The notes: a model not told the origin generated them from the letters alone. Shown: positions 1-10,097, counted from the first letter of the stretch. The stretch is DNA of 64,000 nt from an uncultured Chloroflexia bacterium (GCA_963703345.1 OY969814.1:864001-928000); one strand, 5' to 3'. Numbers and translations are program-made.

Positions 1-2
1 TG

Positions 3-119
3 GCCATCCCCGTCGTCGACGAGCACGGCCACCTGAAGGGCATGGTCACCGTGGACGCCGTGCTGGACCTGGTGACGCCGCGCGCCTGGCAGAACCAGCC
101 GCGTCGGATGACGGGATAG
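3..119 (+). CDS. 3' end of CBS-domain protein, MgtE-like (partial, runs off window start)
   Basis: Frame 3 reads AIPVVDEHGHLKGMVTVDAVLDLVTPRAWQNQPRRMTG*. PVVD..G.L.G.VT.D is a CBS motif, and the gene lies directly upstream of an NRAMP-like gene. Confidence 0.7.
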   Translation, partial: AIPVVDEHGHLKGMVTVDAVLDLVTPRAWQNQPRRMTG

Positions 120-134
120 ACAGGCCGATGGACG

Positions 135-1454
135 ATGACAAACCAGGTTATCCCTCCGGTGCGCCTCGGCCGGCCGGCGTTGCGCGTTCTAGCGTATCTG
201 AACCGCATGGGGCCCTGGCGACGGCTCGCCCTCTTCCTGGCCGTGATGGGCCCCGGCCTGATCACCGGCATCGTCGACGATGATTCGACGGGAATCGCCG
301 GCTATGCCATTGCCGGCTCACGCTTCGGCTACAACCTTCTCTGGACGCTTGTCCTCGCGGCCGTCGCGCTGGCGATAGTCGGAGAGATGGCGGCCCGAAT
401 GGGCGCCGTCACCGGCAAGGGCCTCGGCGAGGTAATCCGCGAGCGTTTCGGCGTACGCATAACTTCCTTCGCGCTGCTCATACTCCTGGTTGCCAACACG
501 GCCACGGTGATCGCCGAATTCGCCGGAATTGCCGCCGCGTCGGAGATATTCCACATTTCGCGCTACATAGCCGTGCCGCTTGCAGCGCTGCTGGTGTTCG
601 TCGTCGTGGCCTACGGCTCGTACCGGCGCATGGAGAAAGTGCTGCTGCTCTTCTCCGCCGTATCCATTGCCTACGTCATCACCGGCTTCCTCGCGCGTCC
701 CGATTGGGGCGCCGTGGCGACGCATTCGGTCGTTCCGCACATTCAGACGAACCTGGCGTATCTCTCCGTCCTCATCGGCGTCATCGGCACCACAATAACA
801 CCGTGGCAGCAGTTCTATCTTCAATCGACCGTCGTGGACAAGGGCCTGGGGGAGCGCGAGTTCAAGCTGGAGCGTTTGGACGTGTTCATCGGGGCGTTCG
901 CCTCCGCGACCATCGCCTTCTTCATCATTGTGACGACAGCCGCAACGTTGCACGCGCACGGCGAGCCGTCGGGGACAGTGGAGGAGGTGGCGCAGTCGCT
1001 GCGTCCGCTGGCCGGCGACTTCTCCGCCAATCTCTTCGCGATAGGGCTGCTGAATGCGTCGCTGCTGGCGGCGGCGGTCCTGCCGCTCACGACGGCCTAT
1101 GCAGTCTGCGGCGCCTTCGGCTGGGAGCGCAGCGTCAACCGGCCCATCCGCGAGGCGCCGGTGTTCTTCGGCCTTTTCGGCGGGCTGCTGATCGTGGGCG
1201 CGACGGCAGTGCTCTTGCCGGGCATGCCCCTCCTCCTGCTGCTGCTGATTCCAAACGTCGTCGGCGCTGTGCTCCTGCCGGTCATCCTTGTCCTGATGCT
1301 GAAAGTGCTGAACGACTCCAAGATAATGGGTCGTTGGACGAACTCGACGGGCTGGAACGTGGCCGCGTGGACCGTGACGGGCGCGCTCATCGGGCTGACC
1401 GTGGCGTACGCCTTCATCGCTATCCTGCAAGCGATGGGGGGTGTCAGCGGCTGA
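135..1454 (+). CDS. NRAMP-family divalent metal transporter (NRMT-like, probably Mg2+)
   Basis: About 11 hydrophobic segments. MGPGLITGIVDDDSTGIAGY (no DPGN) and GTTITPW match NRAMP-related transporters that are coupled to MgtE/CBS genes. Confidence 0.85.
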   Translation: MTNQVIPPVRLGRPALRVLAYLNRMGPWRRLALFLAVMGPGLITGIVDDDSTGIAGYAIAGSRFGYNLLWTLVLAAVALAIVGEMAARMGAVTGKGLGEVIRERFGVRITSFALLILLVANTATVIAEFAGIAAASEIFHISRYIAVPLAALLVFVVVAYGSYRRMEKVLLLFSAVSIAYVITGFLARPDWGAVATHSVVPHIQTNLAYLSVLIGVIGTTITPWQQFYLQSTVVDKGLGEREFKLERLDVFIGAFASATIAFFIIVTTAATLHAHGEPSGTVEEVAQSLRPLAGDFSANLFAIGLLNASLLAAAVLPLTTAYAVCGAFGWERSVNRPIREAPVFFGLFGGLLIVGATAVLLPGMPLLLLLLIPNVVGAVLLPVILVLMLKVLNDSKIMGRWTNSTGWNVAAWTVTGALIGLTVAYAFIAILQAMGGVSG

Positions 1455-1633
1455 CGGCTGTCCCAGCGACCACTGCTCTCGCGAGAGCAGTCTCTCGATT
1501 CTGGATAACCCCGATTGGCACTCGGTTTTCGCCAGTACAAAATGCCCGAAAGGACTGTGCCAGGTCGCTCGTCGCCGCGGCGTGAGTGGAGCAACCGTCC
1601 TGCCTGGCCGAAGTGTGATAGGAGGAGGCTGAA

Positions 1634-2962
1634 ATGACAGTGCTGTGCAAGGAGTGCGGTGCCGAGTCTCCGGACGACGGCGTCTTTTGCGAACAGTGCG
1701 GTCTAAAGCTGGAGAGCCCGGCGGCAGACGCCGTGCCGACGGTGGCCTGTCCTAATTGCGGCACGGCCAATCCGCCCGACAGCGCCTTCTGTGAGGAGTG
1801 CGGCGGCGAGATACCGCCTGAGGCCGAGAAGGGGGGCCGAAAGCCCGGCTTTCTCGGCACGGCGGCGAAAGCCGCCATCGGCGGCACCGTGCTGGGAGGC
1901 GCCGGCATCGGGATAGCATCCGTGCTTGGCGGTGGTGGAGGAGGAGGCGCGGCAGCGGCGGCAGGTGCCGGCGCGGCGGAGACGGCCGCACAAGCAGGGG
2001 CGGAGACGCTCGGGCAGGCCGCGGGGCAGGCCGCGGGACAGGCGGGCGGATCGGCCGGCGGCGCGTCTTCGGGCGGCGCTGCGGGAGGAGCGCACACAGG
2101 CTTGTCCGGCGGGGTGCAGGGAGCTGGGCCTCATGTGGGCGCCCAGCACCTCGGCACCGTGCACGGTGGAGCGCCCGGAGGTGGCGCACCCGGAGGCACA
2201 GCGACCGGTGGCGGCGGCGTACCGGGTAGCGGCGCGTCGGGCGGAGGACCAACCGGGGGATTCGGCGGTCCGCCAACGGGAGGCACGAGCCACGTCGGCC
2301 ATCATGGCCACGGCGCACATGTCGGCGCCGGCGCGGGAGCAGGCGCAGGCGCGGGAGCCGGAGGCGGCATGGGCATTGCCGCCCTTATCGGCGCGATCAT
2401 CAAATGGGGGCTGATCGGCTTGATTACATTGATCGGCCTCGGACTGGGTGCGTCGGTCGTCGGCGCGGCGCTCATCTTCACCGGCAATCCGAGCCCCTGC
2501 GTCAACCGTCCAATCACGCCGTCGACGGCGGCGAGTCAGGCGCTGCGCAACAAGTGGGACGCTTTCGAGCAGGCCGCTCTCAAGGGCGCCTCGCTGATCA
2601 CTTTCGATGAGACGGGCGTTACGTCGCGAGGCGTGGAGTATATCAAAGAGAAAGACCTGCCGCTAAAGGACCTGCAGGTCAACTTCTGCCCCGATGGCCT
2701 CGGCGAAGCGCGTGGTACAATCGACGCGCCGGGACGGCCCATTCACGTCCTGCTGCGCGGAACGCTCGACCTGTCGGGCCCAAAGCCGCGTATCGACGTC
2801 AAGACGATAAAGGCCGGCAATCTTCCCAGCCTCTTCGGTGGCACCGACTGGATAATCACCAACATCATTAAGAAGAGCAACGCGGACATTCTCGACGTGA
2901 AGCCTCATCTGACGAGGCTGGAGATCGCGGACGGCTCGGCGACGCTCATGGGAGGCCCGTAG
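1634..2962 (+). CDS. Double zinc-ribbon, Gly-rich membrane-anchored hypothetical protein
   Basis: Four CxxC pairs at the N-terminus, a long Gly/Ala low-complexity tract, a hydrophobic segment and a globular C-terminal domain. Strong RBS GGAGGAGG. Confidence 0.75.
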   Translation: MTVLCKECGAESPDDGVFCEQCGLKLESPAADAVPTVACPNCGTANPPDSAFCEECGGEIPPEAEKGGRKPGFLGTAAKAAIGGTVLGGAGIGIASVLGGGGGGGAAAAAGAGAAETAAQAGAETLGQAAGQAAGQAGGSAGGASSGGAAGGAHTGLSGGVQGAGPHVGAQHLGTVHGGAPGGGAPGGTATGGGGVPGSGASGGGPTGGFGGPPTGGTSHVGHHGHGAHVGAGAGAGAGAGAGGGMGIAALIGAIIKWGLIGLITLIGLGLGASVVGAALIFTGNPSPCVNRPITPSTAASQALRNKWDAFEQAALKGASLITFDETGVTSRGVEYIKEKDLPLKDLQVNFCPDGLGEARGTIDAPGRPIHVLLRGTLDLSGPKPRIDVKTIKAGNLPSLFGGTDWIITNIIKKSNADILDVKPHLTRLEIADGSATLMGGP

Positions 2963-3008
2963 CGGCCCTCGGGCCGAGCAAAGGGAAGGGTCGGGGGTTG
3001 GAACGAAC

Positions 3009-3034
3009 GGCCGCTCGGCAAGCCGAGCGGCCCG
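3009..3034 (-). terminator. GC-rich palindrome, probable terminator downstream of metV (copy 1 of a 26-bp repeat)
   Basis: GGCCGCTCGGC-AA-GCCGAGCGGCC inverted repeat between convergent genes. Confidence 0.55.
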
Positions 3035-3100
3035 AGATGGCAGGCAGACCTCGCTCTCAATTGAGCGGCTGGTCAGGGCACACGGCGAGGCTGCAACTGC

Positions 3101-3769
3101 CTAGATGCGGTGCTCCTCGCGAACAACGCGTCGCGGCCCGCTGTGCCAGCTCGTCCGCCAATCACGCGCCGGAACGATCTCCGCCAGCCTGTCGAGCTGC
3201 CCGATAGCTTCAAGTCGACGGTAGATTAGCTGCCAGGCGCAGGGTCGCTCCGAGTCGACTTCGCAGCCGTCTTCGCTGGAGCCGGCGCAAGGCCCGTTGA
3301 GCATGCGCTTGGCGCAGCGGGTGATGGGGCAGATGCCGCCGAAGTCGGCAAGGACGCAGGCGCCGCAGCCCAGGCACTTCTCCGTCCAGACGCCCTGCTC
3401 TTCGAGAATGCCGATGAACTGCGTGTCGAGCGCGGCGTAGACGGGCTTCTCCGGGAAGCGCTCCGCTATCGCCTGAACGCCGGCGCCGCAACCGAACGAC
3501 AGGACCGCCTCGTTGCGCGCCGCCGCGGCCGCCAGGTCGGCGATGAACTCGTTTTCGCACTGCCTCTCGATGGTCATCTGCTCGATCTCTATCGGCCGGC
3601 CCTCCAGGCGTCGCGCCATGCGCATCGCGTAGCTCATGATGCTGACTTCCCGGTCGCCGCCGGCGAGGCAGACGGTGACGCAGGTTCCGCAGCCCACAAA
3701 CAGCACCTTGTCGTGGCCGGCAAGCAGGCTCCTGACTTCAGCGATCGATTTTCCAGTTGCGACTATCAT
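3101..3769 (-). CDS. metV: Methylene-THF reductase small subunit MetV (MTHFR C-terminal-like zinc/FeS protein)
   Basis: MIVA..K start, GCGTCVTVCLAGG, ERQCE, CGAGVQ, CLGCGAC...GGICPITRCAKRMLNGPC, CAW motifs. Confidence 0.85.
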   Translation of the reverse strand: MIVATGKSIAEVRSLLAGHDKVLFVGCGTCVTVCLAGGDREVSIMSYAMRMARRLEGRPIEIEQMTIERQCENEFIADLAAAAARNEAVLSFGCGAGVQAIAERFPEKPVYAALDTQFIGILEEQGVWTEKCLGCGACVLADFGGICPITRCAKRMLNGPCAGSSEDGCEVDSERPCAWQLIYRRLEAIGQLDRLAEIVPARDWRTSWHSGPRRVVREEHRI

Positions 3770-4227
3770 TCTTGCCCTCTATTCTCAGTCTGCCGCAGCG
3801 GGCTGGGCCCCAGCCGTTCGACGGTCTCCACCATTTCCCGCACGCGCGCCACAAACGTCGGCGCCTCCGACGCTGAGAGGTTGACCATCCGCAGACGCTC
3901 GCCGCCGATGCCGATGTCGTCCAGGAGCTTTCGCGCGGCCGCGATCCGGCGCTTCGCGCGCAGGTTCCCCTCGACGAAGTGGCAGCTGCCCTCCAGGCAG
4001 CCGGCGATAAGCACGCCGTCGATGCCCCGCTCGAACGCCGCCAGTATCTGCTGCACCTCCACCTTGCCGCTGCAGGGCACGTGGACGATGCGGACGTTCG
4101 CCGGGTACTGCATGCGTCGCGAACCGGCCAGGTCGGCGGCGGCGTAAGCGCAGAAGTTGCAGCAGAACGCCAGTATCTCGCAGCGCTCCGTCGTTGCGCC
4201 GGCCTTCGTCTCTTCCGTCTCAATCAT
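3766..4227 (-). CDS. mvhD: Hydrogenase iron-sulfur subunit MvhD/FlpD
   Basis: FCCNFCAYAAADLAG, VPCSGKV, GCLEGSCHF.EGN, ERL motifs. Confidence 0.9.
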   Translation of the reverse strand: MIETEETKAGATTERCEILAFCCNFCAYAAADLAGSRRMQYPANVRIVHVPCSGKVEVQQILAAFERGIDGVLIAGCLEGSCHFVEGNLRAKRRIAAARKLLDDIGIGGERLRMVNLSASEAPTFVARVREMVETVERLGPSPLRQTENRGQE

Positions 4228-7200
4228 GTAGCGTTCCCACCAGCAGCTCGTCCAGCATCGCCGTGAGCTGGCCTTCCTCCTGGTTCTGAAGCTGAATCGC
4301 CTGCGCAGGGCAGGCCGCGACGCAGCTCCCGCAGCCCAGACACTTCGCCGCCTGTATCGCGACCTTGTGCTCGACGAGGACGGGCGCGCCGTATGGGCAG
4401 ACCTTGACGCAGGTCATGCAAGCCGTGCAGGCGGAAGCGTCGACTTTCGCGATTTGCCCGCCGACCTCCAGGTACGGCTTCGAAAGCACCGTCGCCGCCC
4501 GCGCGGCGGCCGCCAGCGCCTGCGCTATCGTCTCGTCGACGAAGCGGGGCGAGTGGGCCAGCCCGCAGACGAAGACGCCCTCGCTGGCCAGGTCGACCGG
4601 CCGCAGCTTGGGGTGTGCCTCCAGGAAGAAGCCGTCGGCGGTTAGCGACGTTCGGATGATGGACGACAGCTTCGGGTTGTCCGTCGCCGGCGCGATGCCG
4701 GTGCTCAGCACGAGCAGGTCCGGCCGCAAGACGAGCCTTCGACGCGTTCCGGCGTCGGTGACGCGCACCGTCAGGCCGCCGTCGTCGCTGGTTGCGGGCT
4801 CCTCGTCTTCGCGGTAGCGGATGAACAGCACGCCGGCCTCGCGCGCCTTCTGATAGTACGTCTCGCGGAAGCCGTAGGTGCGCATGTCTTTCATCAGGAC
4901 GATGACGCGGGCGTCCGGTCGCGCCGATTTGAGGGCCAAGGCGTTCTTCACCGCCTCGGCGCAGCAGACGCGACTGCAGTAGTTGTTCTCCTCGGTGCGC
5001 GAGCCGACGCACTGGATCATGACCACGGTCGGGCTTTCGCCGAGGCCTGCCGGGTCGCCGGCGGCAAGTCGTGCCTCCAGCTCGCGTTGGGTTACCACGC
5101 GCTCGTTCTTCCCATACAGATGCGCCTCAGACACGCGCTCGACGCCTCCGGTCGCGACGATGGCGACGCCGTGGGAGATCGTCTCCTCGCGTCCGTTCGA
5201 CATAACTACGCTCTTGAAGTTGCCGACGTGTCCGTTGAGCTCGACAAGCTCCGAGTTGAGATGAGTGTGAATCTGCGGATGCGCCTGCACGCGGTCGATG
5301 AGCCCCGCTGCGAACTGCTGGATGTCGTCGCGCTCCAGCGTATAGTGGAGCTGGCGGAGGTTGCCGCCGAGGACGTCGCTCTTCTCCACCAGGTGCGTCT
5401 CGAAGCCCTGGTCCGCGAGCGAGAGCGCCGCCGTCATGCCGGCCAGCCCGCCGCCGAGCACCAGCGCCGAGCGCGTTATCGGCAGGCGGCTCCGCTCCAG
5501 CGAGCGCAGCAGTCGCGCCCGCCCAACCGCCATGCGCATCAGGTCGCAGGCCTTCTCCGTCGCCTGGACGGGGTCGTCCCGGTGCACCCACGAGCACTGG
5601 TCGCGGATGTTCGTCATAGCGAAGAGAAACGGGTTGAGGCCGGACTCGCGCAGCGTCTCCTGGAACAAGGGCTCGTGCGTCCGCGGCGAGCAGGAGGCGA
5701 CGACGACGCGGTTCAGCCGCTTTTGCTTGATGATCTGCTTTATCGCCTCCTGGCAGTTGTCGGAGCAGGTGTAGAGGTCCGTCTCGGCGTGGACGACGTT
5801 GCCCATGGCCGCCGCCTCGCGTTTCACCGCTTCGACGTTGACGACGGAGGCGATGTTGTGGCCGCAGTGGCAGATGAACACGCCGACGCGCGGCTCTTCG
5901 TCCGTCACGTCGCGCTCCCAGGGATACTCGTGCCGCTCGACCTGTGTGCCGCGGCCTTCCCGCAGCAGCTCCATCGCCGCCGCGGCCGCCGCGCTCGCCT
6001 GGGCGACCGATTCCGGGATGTCCTTCGGCTCCTGGAAGGCGCCGGCGACAAAAACGCCGGGTCGCGATGAGATGACGGGCGCCAGGCGGTCGGTGCGGCA
6101 GAAGCCGAACTCGTCGCGCTCGACACCGAGGTGTCGGGCCAGCTCGTCGGCGCTTGCTCCGGGCTTCAGGCCGATGGAGAGCACCACCAGGTCGAAGTCT
6201 TCCAGCTTCTCCGCGCCCTCCTCGTCGAAATAGCGGAGGCTGAGGTCTTTCGTGTTCGGCCTCTCGACGACGCGTGAAGGGATGGCGCGGACGTAGCGAA
6301 CACCGTATTCGCTTTGGGCGCGGCTGACGTAGCGGTCGAACTCCTTGCCGAAGGCGCGCACGTCGATGCAAAAGATGGCGATCTCCAGATTCGCGTCGTG
6401 CTCCAGCGCGACCATCGCCTCCTTCGTCGCCGACATGCAGCAGACCGCGGAGCAGTAGCCGTTGCCGCAGGCGCTGTCGCGGGAGCCGACACACTGGATG
6501 AAGGCGACGCGCCGCACCGGACCGCCGTCGGAGGGTCGGACGAGCGTGCCTTCCGTCGGCCCGGAGGCGCTAAGCATGCGTTCGAACTGGATGGAGCTGA
6601 GGACGTTGGCGTAGCGCCCGTGGCCGTACTCGCCGCGCAGCGACGCTTCGATCTCCTCCGTCCCCGGCGTCAGAATGACCGCGCCCACCCGCAGCGTCTC
6701 GGTCCGCGTCCGCATGTCGTGGACGATGGCGCCCGGGCCGCAGGCCTTCTCGCAGAGGCGGCAGTCGGAGCATAGGCCGCAGTTGAGGCAGCGCAGCGCT
6801 TCGGCGACGGCGTCGTCCTCCGAGTAGCCGAGGTCGATCTCACGCATGTCGCCGCGGCGCTCGACGACGGGCGACTGCGGCATGGCGTGTCGCGGCTGGA
6901 CGGTGGCGGCTGGGTTGGGGTTCGGCGCCGCTGTCTTGCCGGCATCGCTCTGCCTCGGCTGGGGTGACGCTCCGCGCAGGTAGTCGTGGATCGTCTGGGC
7001 GGCGCGATGACCGTGCGCCATCGCCTCGACGAGCGAGGCAGGGCCGAGGACCGCGTCGCCCCCGGCGAAAACGCCCGGCAGCGAGGTCGAAAGGCAGTCG
7101 TCGCAGTCAATGCGCGAGGCGCCGGCGAACGGTAGGCCCTCCAGGTCGGAGCTCTGGCCGATGGCGAGAATGACCGTGTCGGCGTCGAAGACGAAGTTTG

Positions 7201-8647
7201 AGCCTTCGATGGGCTGGGGTCGCCGCCGGCCGCTCTCGTCCGGCTCGCCCAGCTTCATGCGCAGGCACTCCAGGCCCGTGACGGAACCCTCGCCGATAGC
7301 GCGCACGGGGTTGGCAAGATAGAGGAACTCGACGCCCTCTTCCTCGGCGAGTTGGATCTCTTCGTCCAGCGCCGGCATCTCCGCGCGCGAGCGCCGGTAG
7401 ACGACGGTGACTTTCTCCGCGCCGAGGCGCAGCGCCGTGCGGGAGGCGTCCATCGCCACGTTGCCGCCGCCGATGACGGCGACCCGCCTGCCGACGGACA
7501 CGGGCTCGCCCAGGTTCGCCGATTTCAGGAAGTCGAGGCCCTGGAGAACGCCCGGCAGGCCGGCGCCTTCGATGTCCAGGCGTTCGCTGCGGTGAGCGCC
7601 GCAGGCGACGAAGAACGCCGCGTATCCTTCCTCGCGCAGGCCGTCCAGCGTCACGTCGCGGCCGACGCGGCAGTCCAGGCGCACGTCGATGCGGTCGTTC
7701 AGCAGACGGCCGATCTCGAAGTCCAGCACGTCGTAAGGCAGGCGATAGGCCGGGATGCCGAGGCGCAGCATTCCGCCGAGGAAGGGCAGCGCCTCAATAA
7801 TCGTCGCCCGGTAGCCCATGCGGCTGAGGTCATGCGCCGCCGTAAGGCCCGCCGGCCCGCCGCCGATAACGGCGACCCGCTGCTCGCGCAACTCCGCGAA
7901 GCCTTCCGACGGCGAGTCGTCGCCGAGCTCGTCGCGGTGGGTGTACACCCAGTCCGTTGCGAAGCGCTTCAAGTCGCGAATGGCGACGGGGGCGTCGATT
8001 TCGGCGCGATTGCACTGCGTCTCGCAGGGGTGCTGGCAGATGCGTCCGCAGACCGCCGGCAGGGGGCACTGCTCGCGGATGACCTCGTAGGCCTCCTTGA
8101 AGCGCCGCTGGCCGATGAGAGCGACGTACGCCTGCGCGTTGACGCCGGCCGGGCAGGCCAGCTTGCAGGGCGCCTCGCCGTCGGCTTTGGCGATGGTGAA
8201 GGCGTTGGGCACGGCCTGCGGGTATTCGCGGAAGATCGCTTTGCGCTGGCCAAGGCCACGGTCGAAAGCGCTTTCGAGGCTGACGGGGCAGACTTCCGCG
8301 CAGTCGCCGCAGCCGTTGCACTTCGCCAGGTCGACGAAGCGGGCGTTTCGTTTGACAGTGACGTCGAAGCGGCCCGGCTCGCCGCTGATCCCTTCGATCT
8401 CGCCCAGCGTGATGATCTCGATGTTCTTGTTGCGCCCGCACTCGACGAGCTTGGGCGAGAGGATGCACATGGAGCAGTCGCCGGTGGGGAAAGTCTTGTC
8501 GAGCTGCGGCATGCGGCCGCCGACCGCGGAAGAGCGCTCGACGAGGTAGACCTTGAAGCCGGAGTCAGCCAGGTCCAGCGACGCCTGGATGCCGGCGATG
8601 CCGCCGCCGTAGACGAGCACAGCGCCGCTGGGGCGTTCGTCCGTCAT
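4220..8647 (-). CDS. hdrA: Large heterodisulfide reductase A-like flavoprotein (HdrL type, with GltD-like NAD(P)H-binding insert)
   Basis: Starts MTDERPSGAVLVYGGGIAG; contains LDKTFPTGDCSMC, ferredoxin CxxCxxCxxxCP motifs, a GltD-like block (CGRICQHPCE, GGGPAGL, GGGNVAMD), two IQCVGSR..YCS..CC motifs and a C-terminal ferredoxin. About 1475 aa. Confidence 0.9.
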   Translation of the reverse strand: MTDERPSGAVLVYGGGIAGIQASLDLADSGFKVYLVERSSAVGGRMPQLDKTFPTGDCSMCILSPKLVECGRNKNIEIITLGEIEGISGEPGRFDVTVKRNARFVDLAKCNGCGDCAEVCPVSLESAFDRGLGQRKAIFREYPQAVPNAFTIAKADGEAPCKLACPAGVNAQAYVALIGQRRFKEAYEVIREQCPLPAVCGRICQHPCETQCNRAEIDAPVAIRDLKRFATDWVYTHRDELGDDSPSEGFAELREQRVAVIGGGPAGLTAAHDLSRMGYRATIIEALPFLGGMLRLGIPAYRLPYDVLDFEIGRLLNDRIDVRLDCRVGRDVTLDGLREEGYAAFFVACGAHRSERLDIEGAGLPGVLQGLDFLKSANLGEPVSVGRRVAVIGGGNVAMDASRTALRLGAEKVTVVYRRSRAEMPALDEEIQLAEEEGVEFLYLANPVRAIGEGSVTGLECLRMKLGEPDESGRRRPQPIEGSNFVFDADTVILAIGQSSDLEGLPFAGASRIDCDDCLSTSLPGVFAGGDAVLGPASLVEAMAHGHRAAQTIHDYLRGASPQPRQSDAGKTAAPNPNPAATVQPRHAMPQSPVVERRGDMREIDLGYSEDDAVAEALRCLNCGLCSDCRLCEKACGPGAIVHDMRTRTETLRVGAVILTPGTEEIEASLRGEYGHGRYANVLSSIQFERMLSASGPTEGTLVRPSDGGPVRRVAFIQCVGSRDSACGNGYCSAVCCMSATKEAMVALEHDANLEIAIFCIDVRAFGKEFDRYVSRAQSEYGVRYVRAIPSRVVERPNTKDLSLRYFDEEGAEKLEDFDLVVLSIGLKPGASADELARHLGVERDEFGFCRTDRLAPVISSRPGVFVAGAFQEPKDIPESVAQASAAAAAAMELLREGRGTQVERHEYPWERDVTDEEPRVGVFICHCGHNIASVVNVEAVKREAAAMGNVVHAETDLYTCSDNCQEAIKQIIKQKRLNRVVVASCSPRTHEPLFQETLRESGLNPFLFAMTNIRDQCSWVHRDDPVQATEKACDLMRMAVGRARLLRSLERSRLPITRSALVLGGGLAGMTAALSLADQGFETHLVEKSDVLGGNLRQLHYTLERDDIQQFAAGLIDRVQAHPQIHTHLNSELVELNGHVGNFKSVVMSNGREETISHGVAIVATGGVERVSEAHLYGKNERVVTQRELEARLAAGDPAGLGESPTVVMIQCVGSRTEENNYCSRVCCAEAVKNALALKSARPDARVIVLMKDMRTYGFRETYYQKAREAGVLFIRYREDEEPATSDDGGLTVRVTDAGTRRRLVLRPDLLVLSTGIAPATDNPKLSSIIRTSLTADGFFLEAHPKLRPVDLASEGVFVCGLAHSPRFVDETIAQALAAAARAATVLSKPYLEVGGQIAKVDASACTACMTCVKVCPYGAPVLVEHKVAIQAAKCLGCGSCVAACPAQAIQLQNQEEGQLTAMLDELLVGTLHD

Positions 8648-9531
8648 CGCGCTACCGCCTTCTCCGCGCGCAGGATGCCTTTTCGCGCCAGCAGCGGCAG
8701 CGGGTCGACCAGCAGGCTTCGCAGGCCTAGCTGCTGCGCCGGAAGGCCGAGCGCCAGCCCGAGGAGCTGCGTGAAATAGAAGACGGGCAGCCCGAAGCGT
8801 TCGCCGTGCTTCTTTTCGATGTCGCTCTGCCGCATGTCCAGGTTGAGCTGGCAGAGGGGGCAGGCCGTGACGATGCAATCGGCGCCGGCTTCTCGCGCCG
8901 CAATCAGTATTGCGCGAGACAGGCGCAGGACGATCTCCGTCTTCGTTATCGAGTAGCTGGCGCCGCAGCAGTCCGTCTTTGCCGGCCAGTCGATGGCTTG
9001 AGCGCCGCTGGCAGTCATCAGCTTGTCGAGCAGCGTCGGGTTCTCCGCGTCGTCGAAGCGCATTATCGCCGGCGGCCGCACGAGGAGGCAGCCGTAATAG
9101 GCGGCGACGCGCAGACCGGCGAGCGGCTTCGTCACTTTCTCAGACAGGCTGACGAAGCCAATGTCGTCGCGCAATATCTCCAGGAAGTGCTTTACCGGCG
9201 TCGAGCCGTCGTAGTCGGCGCCGATGGCGTCGGCGACCATACGCCGGCTCTCCGCATCGCCTGCGATCTCATGGTTCGCCAGCTTGAGGCGACTGTAGCA
9301 GGCGGCGCAGGCCACGGCGACGGTCTGGCCCGAAGCAGCGGCGAGATTGGCGGCCGGCAACGCGAGGGCGAGCAGGGCGTCGGTCTGATGGGCGGCCGTG
9401 GAGCCGCAGCACGTCCAGCCGGCAAGCTCCGGCAGGTCGATGCCGAGAGCGGCCGCAACCGCCTTCGTGGAGAGCGCGTAGTCCTTCGCCGTCGATTCCA
9501 GCGAGCAGCCGGGGTAGAAGACGTAGCTCAC
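8644..9531 (-). CDS. hdrB: Heterodisulfide reductase subunit B (CCG domains)
   Basis: YPGCSL, WTCCG, ACAACY, YYGCLL.RP, DCCG, TACPLCQLNLD. Confidence 0.9.
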   Translation of the reverse strand: MSYVFYPGCSLESTAKDYALSTKAVAAALGIDLPELAGWTCCGSTAAHQTDALLALALPAANLAAASGQTVAVACAACYSRLKLANHEIAGDAESRRMVADAIGADYDGSTPVKHFLEILRDDIGFVSLSEKVTKPLAGLRVAAYYGCLLVRPPAIMRFDDAENPTLLDKLMTASGAQAIDWPAKTDCCGASYSITKTEIVLRLSRAILIAAREAGADCIVTACPLCQLNLDMRQSDIEKKHGERFGLPVFYFTQLLGLALGLPAQQLGLRSLLVDPLPLLARKGILRAEKAVAR

Positions 9532-10097
9532 GGCGCCCCCTTCCTTTGCTCTCGCGCCCGACGGAAGATGCGTTGGCGCTTGGCGCGGTCGCCGGACAGG
9601 CGTGGCAGAAGCGCGAACTTGCCCTTTCGCAGCATCGTCGGGAACTTGGCAACGTCTTGCGAGAAGCGACGCGTGCGCAGCTTGAAGGCAGCCATCAGCA
9701 CCAGTTCATGCGTGCGGCCGAGCTGTCGCACCATCGCAAGAAAGATATCGTTGAAGGCGGGAACGGCGGCGTCAGCGGCGACTTTCCTTTCGCGCGAGAG
9801 GCGTCGCAGGGCATCGATGGCCGCGGGCAGGGCGACCGCCTGCGGGCAACGGGCTTCGCAGGTGCCGCAGGACGTGCATTCCCAGATGAAGCGGCTGGCC
9901 AGCAGCTCGTCCGTGGCGCCGAGTTGCACAAGGCGAACGATCTCGTGCGGCTTCACGTCCGCGTCCGCAGCGACGGGACAGCCGGAGGTGCACTTGCAGC
10001 ACTGGAAGCACAACGAGAGCGCGGCGTCCGCCAGGAGCCTCTTGAGGGCGCCGGAGGGCATTGCCGGAGAAAGAGGACGTTCTATAGCCGAGGTCAT
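9528..10097 (-). CDS. hdrC: Heterodisulfide reductase subunit C (2x[4Fe-4S])
   Basis: CFQCCKCTSGCP and WECTSCGTCEARCP. Start overlaps the metF stop. Confidence 0.88.
   Translation of the reverse strand: MTSAIERPLSPAMPSGALKRLLADAALSLCFQCCKCTSGCPVAADADVKPHEIVRLVQLGATDELLASRFIWECTSCGTCEARCPQAVALPAAIDALRRLSRERKVAADAAVPAFNDIFLAMVRQLGRTHELVLMAAFKLRTRRFSQDVAKFPTMLRKGKFALLPRLSGDRAKRQRIFRRAREQRKGAP

Noticed and set aside
1920-2380. Short tandem repeats (GGGCAGGCCGCG-like units and a Gly-Ala run) as CRISPR or VNTR
   Set aside because: They are coding low-complexity Gly/Ala sequence with no repeat-spacer structure and no cas genes.
8648-8878. N-terminal extensions in the ORF track (hdrA, hdrC, metF, GRE, rpiB, nuoCD, nuoI, nuoM, ADH)
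   Set aside because: They overlap neighbouring genes or promoters; downstream starts with an RBS or stop/start coupling fit better.
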